DNA of 64,000 bases from an uncultured Clostridia bacterium (GTDB taxonomy: Bacteria; Bacillota; Clostridia; Christensenellales; UBA1242). Below the pieces are notes generated by a model. It saw nothing but the letters and a program-made list of their open reading frames with translations, made no database searches and was not told the DNA's origin. The stretch is from assembly GCA_944381105.1 (NCBI GenBank), contig CALWJU010000018.1, forward strand, positions 3,342-67,341, in the 5' to 3' direction. Below, piece after piece: positions 30,113 to 38,489 of the stretch. Numbering within the stretch: the stretch's first letter is position 1; the number at the start of each line of letters is the position of its first letter. The position numbers and the translations under genes were made by a program.

Positions 30113-30242
30113 GTTGGGCGTGAGGGCTTGGCGTGTTTGTTGGGCGTGAGTGCGAGGCGAGGAAGATGTTTTTATAGGTGAAATGTTTGATTATAGATGG
30201 GATATTTGGGCGAGATGGTTGAGATATTTGGGCGAGATGGTT
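30113..30242. repeat. GC-rich degenerate direct repeats (TTGGGCG-containing), including a 22-bp tandem duplication
   Basis: TTGGGCGTGAG at 30114 and 30140. GATATTTGGGCGAGATGGTT at 30201-30220 is repeated at 30223-30242. Confidence 0.7.
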
Positions 30243-30263
30243 AGGCGTGTTGGCTTTTATATA

Positions 30264-30361
30264 GGCAAGGAAACGCATGCTAAAAGCATGCGATTTGCCC
30301 CAGCAAGCCGACAAATCAAGCCCTCACAGCGAAAATGCTGTGAGGGCTTGGTTTCCTTGCC
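30264..30361. other. 98-nt perfectly paired four-way junction (closing stem plus three abutting hairpins), 9 nt downstream of the prfB stop
   Basis: GGCAAGGAAAC(30264-74)/GTTTCCTTGCC(30351-61); GCATGC-TAAAA-GCATGC; GATTTG-14 nt-CAAATC; AAGCCCTCACAGC-GAAAAT-GCTGTGAGGGCTT. All pairs are Watson-Crick and there is one unpaired junction nucleotide. Confidence 0.7.
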
Positions 30362-30369
30362 TTCTAAGT

Positions 30370-31456
30370 TTATCCTAACTTTTTCAGGTACTCATTTATA
30401 AACTCTTGAATGTTTCCATCCATTACCGATTGAATGTTATGTTCTTCGTATCCTGTCCTATGGTCTTTAACAAGGGTATAAGGACAAAATACATAACTTC
30501 GTATTTGACTGCCCCACTCTATCTTTTTAATATCTCCTCGAATGGAGGCAAGTCTTTCTAGTTCTTCCTGCTCTTCCTTTTCGGCAAGGCGAGAGTATAG
30601 CATCTGCATTGCCTTTTCTTTATTTTGTAGTTGACTTCTCTCAACTTGACAAGAGACAACTATACCTGTCGGCAAGTGTGTTATTCGCACAGCACTTTCT
30701 GTCTTGTTGACATTCTGTCCGCCTGCACCACTTGAATGGTAGGTATCAATTTTTAAATCTTCTGGTCTTATTTCAATATCTGGTCTCTCCTCAATGAGAG
30801 GCATAACCTCAACACTTGCAAAACTTGTATGTCTTCTTGCATTTGCGTCAAACGGAGAAATTCGCACTAGTCTATGCACCCCTTTTTCAGCCTTTAAAAA
30901 GCCATAGGCATTGTCGCCGTCGACCTCAAAAGTTATGCTTTTAATACCTGCATCATCGCCATTTAATACATCAAGCACCTTTATTTTATAGCCATGCTTG
31001 TCAGCGTACATCTTATACATTCTATATAACATCTCAGTCCAATCTTGTGCCTCTGTTCCGCCAGCCCCCGAGTGCAAGGTCATAACAGCATTATAGTCGT
31101 CATATTTGCCTTTTAATAATGTTTGTATCTTTGCCCTTTCGACATTCTCTTCAAGATTGTGTAGACTTTCTTGAATTTCATTATCAAGACTTGTATCTCC
31201 TGTCTCTTCGATAAGTTCCACATAGCCTTGACAGTCATCAAAAAGTCTGTTTAGCAAGGCGATTTCGTCAAGTTTGTTTTCGCACGCTTTAATCTTTTTG
31301 CCGACCTCTAACACTTTTTTTTGATTGAGATAAAAGCCATCAGCAAGTTGCTCGCTTTTTAAAGTTTCTAACTCTTTTTTTGTCTTTTCCTCGTCAAAGA
31401 CACTCCTTTATAAAGTCAATATCATTTTTAATCTTGCTTAATCTTTCTTTAACATT
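30370..31456 (-). CDS. prfB: Peptide chain release factor 2, with a programmed +1 ribosomal frameshift
   Basis: The 0-frame ATG at 31456 (alternative TTG at 31462) gives MLKKDLSKIKNDIDFIKECL and then TGA. The site is AAGGAG-TGT-CTT-TGA-C (CTTTGA = 31399-31394). The +1 frame continues DEEKTKKELETLKSEQLADGFYLNQKKVLEVGKK... into ORF 30370-31314, which has SPF and GGQ (SGAGGQNVNK). Confidence 0.93.
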
Positions 31457-31487
31457 TTCAAGTATCAATTTTTCTCTCCTTATGAAT

Positions 31488-31630
31488 AAATATACTATGT
31501 GATGTTAAAATTTAAACGTGTTTAAATTTTAAATTTTGCTGATGCAAAAGCACAATAAATTGTGCCATCACATAGTATGTATCATCTTTAATATAAACCT
31601 AGCAAGTAAGTTCGACTTATGATATAAATA
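31488..31630 (-). repeat. Rep-X four-way-junction repeat, single copy immediately upstream of the prfB ribosome-binding site
   Basis: On the minus strand: ..TCGAACTTACTTGCTAGG..ATACATACTATGTGATG-GCACAATTTATTGTGC-TTTTGCATCAGCAAAA-T-TTAAAATTTAA-ACACGT-TTAAATTTTAA-CATCACATAGTATATTT. Confidence 0.7.
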
Positions 31631-31774
31631 ACAATATCAATTTTAATCTCTTTTCCCCCTTTTGTCAAACATTTTATTGTTACTTCTTTTTACAATTTGT
31701 AACTTTTGCAAATTCAAGGACATATAATAAGGATAGTTAGGTAATCCTATCAAACAAAAAACGGAGGTTATAAA

Positions 31775-32446
31775 ATGTCATTTTATATCAACAACACAAA
31801 CCCGAACCGCCCTGGGCCTCTTGGCAACAATCCACTCGGCGTTTGTGAAAAAGTACTTATTGAGGCGACAAAGGTCTTTGATGCCTGTGTCTCACAAACA
31901 ACAGAAACAGGTATAATTCTGCCTGTAACAAGTTTTAATCCTGCGAACCCTGCCTTGCCACTTACTTACATTTCTGCACAAAATCAAATAGGAAGCGAGG
32001 TAACGGTAACTGACATCGTTATAGATAGGCTTGAACAGACACCAAACTATGCAAATGTTACCATGACAATCACTATCCCTCTCACTGTAACATATCGTGA
32101 TGCGAATGGCGTTATCGGTACAGGAACATCAAGCATTGTCGTATCAAAAAGCACAGTGCTATTTGTACCACAACCATCAATGGCACCAATAGATATTAAG
32201 GCAACCGCATCGTTCTCATCGACTATCGGCACGTACACCGCAGAGAACACCTTTACAGTTACTGGATGTCTGCAAATTGTAATCAAGGTAACCGCACTTG
32301 TAGACCTGCTTCTTCCGTCATATGGCTACCCTGTTCTTCCGCCTTGTCAAGCATGCCAGAATTGTAACGTATGCCCAGGAGTAGGCGACCTGCCACTCTA
32401 TCCGACTGCATCCAGCGGAACAACAATCAACATAAATAGGGTTTAG
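31775..32446 (+). CDS. Hypothetical protein with a Cys-rich C-terminus (possible spore coat/exosporium component; a guess)
   Basis: 223 aa with a good SD (ACGGAGG). T/S/V-rich and beta-like, with the C-terminus PPCQACQNCNVCPG. No family recognised. Confidence 0.45.
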   Translation: MSFYINNTNPNRPGPLGNNPLGVCEKVLIEATKVFDACVSQTTETGIILPVTSFNPANPALPLTYISAQNQIGSEVTVTDIVIDRLEQTPNYANVTMTITIPLTVTYRDANGVIGTGTSSIVVSKSTVLFVPQPSMAPIDIKATASFSSTIGTYTAENTFTVTGCLQIVIKVTALVDLLLPSYGYPVLPPCQACQNCNVCPGVGDLPLYPTASSGTTININRV

Positions 32447-32716
32447 CAAAAAATCTAAGAATTTTATATAAATGTAGCAAAACTAAAAATTTTGTAAGCA
32501 ATTTTAAAATTAATAGGAATTTCAATATAAAACATCTTAAAAATCTTATTTTGCTTAAAGTAAATAATCAATAAAATCAGGTAAAAAATGCACTTTAAGT
32601 CTTTAAAACTTATATAAGTGCATTTTTTAGTACATTCTTTTCGTGGTAATTTATGTCATCTCTTATATTCAATCTAATTTCTCTATTTGTCCTCTCTTTG
32701 CTCTACTCCTTGTCCG

Positions 32717-33505
32717 CTACTTTTTTTCACTCTTAAAATTTTCAAAGGCGGAAGAGACTACCTCATCGACACGAAAAGGTATATTCTTCTTACCATTAAG
32801 ATAAAAGAGATATTCAATGTTTCCACTCTTTCCTTGAATGGAAGAATATGTAAGACCACATATCTTAAAATTTAAGCCGTTCAAATAATTTACAAAGTCT
32901 TTAAGCATGCCCTTATGCAAGGCAGAATTTTTTATGACTCCCTTGTATTTTTTTGCGATTTCTTTTCCGCACTCGAATTGAGGTTTAAAAAGAATTACCA
33001 TTTCAATCTGCCCAAAGAGTTCTTTAACTTTTGGCAAAATATGTCTAAGTGATATGAAAGAAATGTCGCCTACTACCAAATCACAATCGCCAATTTGCTC
33101 TTTTTTTATTGTACGAAAATCGGTATTTTCGAGATTCACAACACGGCTATCTTCTCTTAACTTTTGACTTAATTCACCATTGCCGACGTCGACTGCATAA
33201 ACCTTTTTTGCCCCGCCTTCAAGCGCCACTTGTGTAAAGCCACCAGTAGACGCACCGACATCAAGAACTACTCTATCGCCAAAATCAACATCAAATATCT
33301 CAATTGCTCTCAAAAGTTTATACGCACCTCTGGATACATATTTTGGGTAGTCTATTATTGTTATGGTTTCATAACATAATAGTTCATAAGAAGGTTTTAA
33401 TACAACCTTTCCATCAACTTCAACATGCCCCTCTTCAATAAGTTGTTTAGCCTTTGACCGAGAGGAAATTTTTCCTTTTTCAAATAAATATTTATCTAAT
33501 CTCAT
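32717..33505 (-). CDS. tlyA: TlyA family rRNA (cytidine-2'-O)-methyltransferase
   Basis: 262 aa. S4-like N-terminus MRLDKYLFEKGKISSRSKAKQLIEEGHVEVDGKVV plus the FtsJ-type VLDVGASTGGFT. Confidence 0.9.
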   Translation of the reverse strand: MRLDKYLFEKGKISSRSKAKQLIEEGHVEVDGKVVLKPSYELLCYETITIIDYPKYVSRGAYKLLRAIEIFDVDFGDRVVLDVGASTGGFTQVALEGGAKKVYAVDVGNGELSQKLREDSRVVNLENTDFRTIKKEQIGDCDLVVGDISFISLRHILPKVKELFGQIEMVILFKPQFECGKEIAKKYKGVIKNSALHKGMLKDFVNYLNGLNFKICGLTYSSIQGKSGNIEYLFYLNGKKNIPFRVDEVVSSAFENFKSEKK

Positions 33506-33672
33506 ATTTTATTATAACATATAAAAAAATATTGTCAAACATTTTAACAATACTTTTAACGCAATCAGTATAAATAAGCAAACGTTATTTCACAATATAA
33601 AAAAATGATTTTATTATTAAATTTAGCAAAAAGTTTTTTGTTATTCATTAACAAACAAGACAAAATTTAAGG

Positions 33673-33876
33673 TTACAACATAAGATCGGCAAACATTTCA
33701 TCAAGTGATAGTTGAAGTGCCTTTGCAAGTTTCACACAATCTACTATGGATGGTAAATTTTGATTGCTTTCCCACCTTGATATCGTTTGCTGAGTTGAAC
33801 CTATCAACATGGCAAGTTTGATTTGAGACAACTTATATTCCTTTCTCCAATATTTAATAATATCCCCTACTCTCAT
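33673..33876 (-). CDS. XRE (Cro/CI) family helix-turn-helix transcriptional regulator
   Basis: 67 aa. IKYWRKEYKLSQIKLAMLIGSTQQTISRWESNQNLPS. It has its own promoter: TTTACC, a spacer, then TGGGTATAAT at about 33905-33940 on the minus strand. Confidence 0.85.
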   Translation of the reverse strand: MRVGDIIKYWRKEYKLSQIKLAMLIGSTQQTISRWESNQNLPSIVDCVKLAKALQLSLDEMFADLML

Positions 33877-34137
33877 AGTTATCTTATCCTAATGATAATT
33901 ATACCCATTTTTGTGTATGGTAAATATATAACACGAAAATGTGTTAGTTTTTAATATATATTGTTAAGATTGTTAAACTTTGTAATTAAAAAAAGTGGTA
34001 CTAATTTACCACTATATCTATTAATCGGAATTCAATTGTTTAAACTTTCATTCGTTATGCCAAATCTAAACTTAACTCGCCAAACAAATAATTATCATTT
34101 CATTTTATATTTGCTAAGATGGATATCCTAAATTAAG

Positions 34138-34428
34138 TTAAAATTCTCGTTCAGCAGAATTATCAAATTCACTCTTACGGTCCTTGTAAAATTCTATTAG
34201 TTGTTGGTTGTTATAGACATCTTTTATACGCACGCATAAAGTTGTATTTGCCTCGTACTCCTGCCTAAGCAGGCGATTGGCAAGTTTGATTATCTGTTTA
34301 TCAAGAGGACGGAGTTCTCTTTCTTTCCACTCCTTTATCTCTTCCTTATTATTTAAATTTTCTTTTTGCACTTCCTTTATCATTTCATCTCGTCTATCGA
34401 CGCATTTTATAAATTCATCAACTAGCAT
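34138..34428 (-). CDS. Hypothetical protein (charged, coiled-coil-like)
   Basis: 96 aa. No motif recognised. A terminator hairpin AGTGGTA/TACCACT lies downstream at about 33998-34022. Confidence 0.45.
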   Translation of the reverse strand: MLVDEFIKCVDRRDEMIKEVQKENLNNKEEIKEWKERELRPLDKQIIKLANRLLRQEYEANTTLCVRIKDVYNNQQLIEFYKDRKSEFDNSAEREF

Positions 34429-34650
34429 ATTTCACCTCTTTTAATAATCTAATTATATGACAAAATTTACAAAAAGTCAATAAAAAAATAAGATGAAACA
34501 GCATTTCCACGCACTCTTTGTCATAAAAAACAATTTTTAGGTTTAGTATTATTAAAACCTCTTTTAAATATCGGCGAAAACACTCTTTGTGCCTCCAATC
34601 AAAGAAAAACACATAGTAAGATTACTTTTACTATGTGTTTAACACTTTTT

Positions 34651-35277
34651 TTATTCTCTCTCTTCCTCTTGCTCTACTTTTCTCTCTTGCTCGCCCTTTG
34701 TTTGCACCTCTTTTTCCTCGTATGATTTAAGTTCTTGCTCTAAGCAGTACTTTTTATAAGGTTGAGTAAGATTTTTATCCATATATGTAAACAAATCTTT
34801 AATGAATAGTTCGCCCTCCTCTCTGATAGCGTTTGTTACCTTTGAGGCATATCTTCTTCTATATTCTGCAACCATTTTCTCAATTTTTTTAAGTGCTTTT
34901 TCTACTTTACCGTCAGCATCACACTCGATTTTTATTTGTTCAAGTATTTCCCTATTCCCATCATAGTCCTTGATCTCTTGAATGTTATTGTTGTGTTCTT
35001 CTGCAATTGCTTTTGCCTTAGTTAACAACTCTTCGCTTGCAACAGGTGCATGGTCGCTATAACTATCTTCTCCTGTTTTTGCGTATACGTCATTGATTAG
35101 ATTTTTAAGCATTTCATATTGATAACTTTCTAGGCAATTTAAATCTAAAATGCTAATTCTCCAATCTTCCGCCATAGTATAAACAGGTTCGCCTGCTTTC
35201 TTTGCGTATTCAATGCCATGTCTTATTGATCTATAAAGATCATTTAATTTCTCAAAATATGATTCATATTCATACAT
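34651..35277 (-). CDS. Hypothetical protein with an E/K-rich tail
   Basis: 208 aa with SD GAGGAGGG upstream. No motif recognised. Confidence 0.5.
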   Translation of the reverse strand: MYEYESYFEKLNDLYRSIRHGIEYAKKAGEPVYTMAEDWRISILDLNCLESYQYEMLKNLINDVYAKTGEDSYSDHAPVASEELLTKAKAIAEEHNNNIQEIKDYDGNREILEQIKIECDADGKVEKALKKIEKMVAEYRRRYASKVTNAIREEGELFIKDLFTYMDKNLTQPYKKYCLEQELKSYEEKEVQTKGEQERKVEQEEERE

Positions 35278-35423
35278 GATATTTCCCTCCTCAGTATACC
35301 CTTATTATACCATATGTATAGTCATTTGTCAATAATTAAAATGGCAAAAAAATATTGCAAAATAGAAAAGGGGCAGACAATACAATCAAAATTTATAAGT
35401 AAAACTTTAATCATAAATGACAA

Positions 35424-35458
35424 CAAAAAATACAATCAAATAATGATTGTATTTTTTA
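35424..35458 (-). terminator. Terminator of the yloU-yloV unit
   Basis: AAATACAATCA-AATAA-TGATTGTATTT flanked by A and T runs. Confidence 0.7.
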
Positions 35459-35537
35459 TTTAGTTTTTTAACTGAATTAGCCATTTAGGATACAAATATT
35501 TATCAAATTTAACCTTATGATTGAACGAAAGACCTTT

Positions 35538-37172
35538 TTATTCCAAACTTACAAGGTAATAGTATACAGGTTGACCACCAAAGGCAGAGGTTACCTCACA
35601 ATCTGGATATTTTTCGGCTAGTTTTTCGGCAAGTGCGTTAGCCTCCTCTTCTCGAATATCCTCACCGAAGAACAGTGTTATATTCATAACGTCGTCGGTC
35701 ATAAGTTTTTCAATCAATTTTTCTGTTGTCTCGGACACAAGTTTACCCTTTGCAAGTATTGCCTTATCGTCAAGACCGATTATCTCGCCAACTGATAGGT
35801 CGAAACCATCAACATGAGTGTCTCGCACTGCATATGTTACCATTCCTGACTTAACACCCTTAATTGCGTCGTTCATTGCCTCAGTATTCTCCTCTATGCT
35901 CACGTCAGGGTTAAATGCAATAGATGCCGAAATACCCTCTGGTATCGAACGTGTAGGGATAACAATCAAGTTTTTCTTTGTCAGGTCGCCAGCCTGCTCG
36001 GCTGCGAGTATAATATTCTTATTGTTTGGGAAAACAAAAACGTTTCTTGCTGGCACTTTATCGGCAGCGGCAGCAATATCAGCAGCAGATGGATTCATAG
36101 TCTGTCCACCATAGATTATCTCATCTACGCTCAAATCTTTGAATATGGCAGAAAGTCCCTCGCCTGGTGCGACTGCTATCATACCATGCTCCTTAGTCTC
36201 CTCTTCTGCAACCGCCTTCTTCTTTATCTCTCTATTTTGCTCACGCATATTCTCTATTTTGAGGTTGTAAAGTTCGCCAAGTTCGAGTGCGTATTCAAGT
36301 GCCTTATTTGGATCATTGGTGTGAACATGCACTTTGACAAGGTTGAGGTCTCCTATACAGATAACCGAGTCGCCTATTTGCATAAGTTTTTCACGCAGTT
36401 TGTCAATATCCGCCTCTGTGGTCTTTTTCTTCATATGAATAATCATATATTCTGTGCAGTAGCCAAATTGAATATCTTCAAGTGCGTTTATATCAGCGAT
36501 AACGTCATCAACTGTTTGAGGTTTCTTTTCGTCGTCAAATACGAACTCAAAATCCTCTTCACCTATAAGATATTTGTAAAAACCTGTAAAGATTACAATT
36601 ATACCTCTTCCACCTGCGTCGACAACGCCCGCTTTTTTAAGAACAGGGAGCATTTCTGGTGTCTGTTTTAAGATTTCCTCTCCTGTTTCTAATATTTTTT
36701 TAAGAAACACCTCAAAATCATCGCACTTTTTTGCAACATTCATGGCATTTTCAGCCATAACACGTATAACTGTAAGTATTGTTCCCTCTTTTGGCTTTGT
36801 TACCGCTTTGTAGGCAATGCTTGCACCCTCTTGCATTGCTTTTGCAAAAATTTTAGTGGTTATTTCACTAGCCTTTGCAGTCTCTGCACAAAAACCCTTA
36901 AATATCTGTGAGGTTATAACACCACTATTACCTCTCGCACCCTTTAATGCACCTTTTGAAAAGGCTTTGCTAAGCGAATCGAGATTGTTTGTAATACACT
37001 GAGACACCTCGTTTACAGCACTCTTCATTGTAAGGAACATGTTTGTCCCTGTATCACCATCAGGCACTGGAAACACGTTGAGTGAGTCCACGTACTTTTT
37101 GTTTTGTTCAAGCAGGCTTGCACCTGCGACAATCATCTTTCGGAAAGTCGCTCCGTTTATCGTCTTTATCAT
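35538..37172 (-). CDS. yloV: DAK2 domain-containing protein YloV
   Basis: 544 aa. LNVFPVPDGDTGTNM at the N-terminus. The pairing with an upstream Asp23 gene is conserved. Confidence 0.9.
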   Translation of the reverse strand: MIKTINGATFRKMIVAGASLLEQNKKYVDSLNVFPVPDGDTGTNMFLTMKSAVNEVSQCITNNLDSLSKAFSKGALKGARGNSGVITSQIFKGFCAETAKASEITTKIFAKAMQEGASIAYKAVTKPKEGTILTVIRVMAENAMNVAKKCDDFEVFLKKILETGEEILKQTPEMLPVLKKAGVVDAGGRGIIVIFTGFYKYLIGEEDFEFVFDDEKKPQTVDDVIADINALEDIQFGYCTEYMIIHMKKKTTEADIDKLREKLMQIGDSVICIGDLNLVKVHVHTNDPNKALEYALELGELYNLKIENMREQNREIKKKAVAEEETKEHGMIAVAPGEGLSAIFKDLSVDEIIYGGQTMNPSAADIAAAADKVPARNVFVFPNNKNIILAAEQAGDLTKKNLIVIPTRSIPEGISASIAFNPDVSIEENTEAMNDAIKGVKSGMVTYAVRDTHVDGFDLSVGEIIGLDDKAILAKGKLVSETTEKLIEKLMTDDVMNITLFFGEDIREEEANALAEKLAEKYPDCEVTSAFGGQPVYYYLVSLE

Positions 37173-37186
37173 AATCTTTTTTGCTC

Positions 37187-37537
37187 CTAAACTCTAACTC
37201 CGACAACATGAACGTTCACAGCATCAACAAGCATACCTGTAAAGTTTTCAACACTATACTTAACAGATTTTCTTAGTGATTCAGCCACCGCACTTATTGA
37301 TACCCCATACTTTAAAATACAAAAAACGTCTATATATATTCTGTTGTCAATATGACTAATCTTTATCCCTTTGGAATAAGATTCTTTCTTAATTAATTCA
37401 TTTGCGCTGTCCTTAATAGATTTTGAAACCAAATCAACAACCCCATAACAATCAAGGGCAGCATACCCCGCAACAACCCTTATTGAGTCGTCAGAGATAG
37501 AGATATTGCCATAATAATTATTAGTATCGACTGTCAT
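37187..37537 (-). CDS. Asp23/Gls24 family envelope stress protein (YloU-like)
   Basis: 116 aa. ISDDSIRVVAGYAALDCYGVVDL...VNVHVVGVRV. Confidence 0.85.
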   Translation of the reverse strand: MTVDTNNYYGNISISDDSIRVVAGYAALDCYGVVDLVSKSIKDSANELIKKESYSKGIKISHIDNRIYIDVFCILKYGVSISAVAESLRKSVKYSVENFTGMLVDAVNVHVVGVRV

Positions 37538-37735
37538 TTAGCCCCCTATTTTAGACTTTTCGCCTCTTATATAATACAATAAAACAAAAAAAAATACAAC
37601 TCTTTTTATATAATTATTACAAATTTGTTACAATTTTTAACCTTTTGTAAGTTTTTTTGTAAAAAGAGTTGATTTTTCTTTCTAAAAATGGTATAGTATA
37701 GTGCATAAATAAATTTAAAGTATGGAGGAATGATT

Positions 37736-37918
37736 ATGAGCAGAGTATGTGAAGTATGCGGTAGAGGCAAATCAACAGGCAAACAAGTTTCTTTCTCTAA
37801 TAAGAAATATAATAGAACTTATGAACTCAATCTTCAAAAGACTACTATTGAAGTTGACGGGAAGCCACAGACTGTTAAAGCCTGCACTAAATGTATTAGA
37901 TCAGCAAAAAAATCGTAA
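37736..37918 (+). CDS. rpmB: 50S ribosomal protein L28
   Basis: Start moved to ATG 37736 (GGAGG at 37724-37728, 7-nt spacing): MSRVCEVCGRGKSTGKQVSFSNKKYNRTYELNLQ... Confidence 0.92.
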   Translation: MSRVCEVCGRGKSTGKQVSFSNKKYNRTYELNLQKTTIEVDGKPQTVKACTKCIRSAKKS

Positions 37919-38489
37919 AGACCGCACTATAATTTATACACAAAAAACAGCATAAAAGCGTTGAAATTATTGGTTTACAAAACTTTTCTATGACGTTTAC
38001 TAAATTTCCGTCAGAAAGTTTCGTCGGGTTTTCTCGCCTTTATGCTTTTTTTATGTTGTTTTGTTTTAGAACCTAAGATAATATGTTTAGTACATCTAAG
38101 ACAACCTAGCAAGTTAAATATCTTGCTAGCAGATTATCACACTTTTGTAAGTCCGTTTTGAAATCATAATAGCACACTGCACTTTTGTTATAGTGTGTTT
38201 TTTGATATAAAAAAGCGACTTGCCAGGAAGCATGTATCATGCTTCCTAGTCGGTTAAAAGACCGTCTCGCTTGCCTTAGCAAAAGGGGTGCAAGTCGCCT
38301 ATTACAATTCTATATATTAAATATTTCATATTAATCTTTCTATCTATTTATTTACAACCTTATAGTCATCTTTTATTTACAACCTTATAATAATCGAATT
38401 GTCTACTTATTAGTATTTGCATTAATATTGTTATATTTTTATAACAATATCTTGCATCATCATGGTTATCTTTTTGACTAGGTTATAAC

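Noticed and set aside
30009-30401. ORFs 30009-30314 (-) and 30150-30401 (+)
   Set aside because: They lie in the GC-rich repeat and four-way-junction region and overlap the prfB end. They have no RBS and a low-complexity composition.
38095-38160. tracrRNA or omega-RNA-like resemblance (TAGCAAGTTAAAT... and GTAAGTCCGTTTTGAAATCA, reminiscent of the Cas9 tracrRNA anti-repeat and nexus)
   Set aside because: TAGCAAG pairs locally with CTTGCTA in a simple hairpin. No CRISPR repeat, cas9 or iscB is present in the window. The short matches are plausible by chance in AT-rich DNA.
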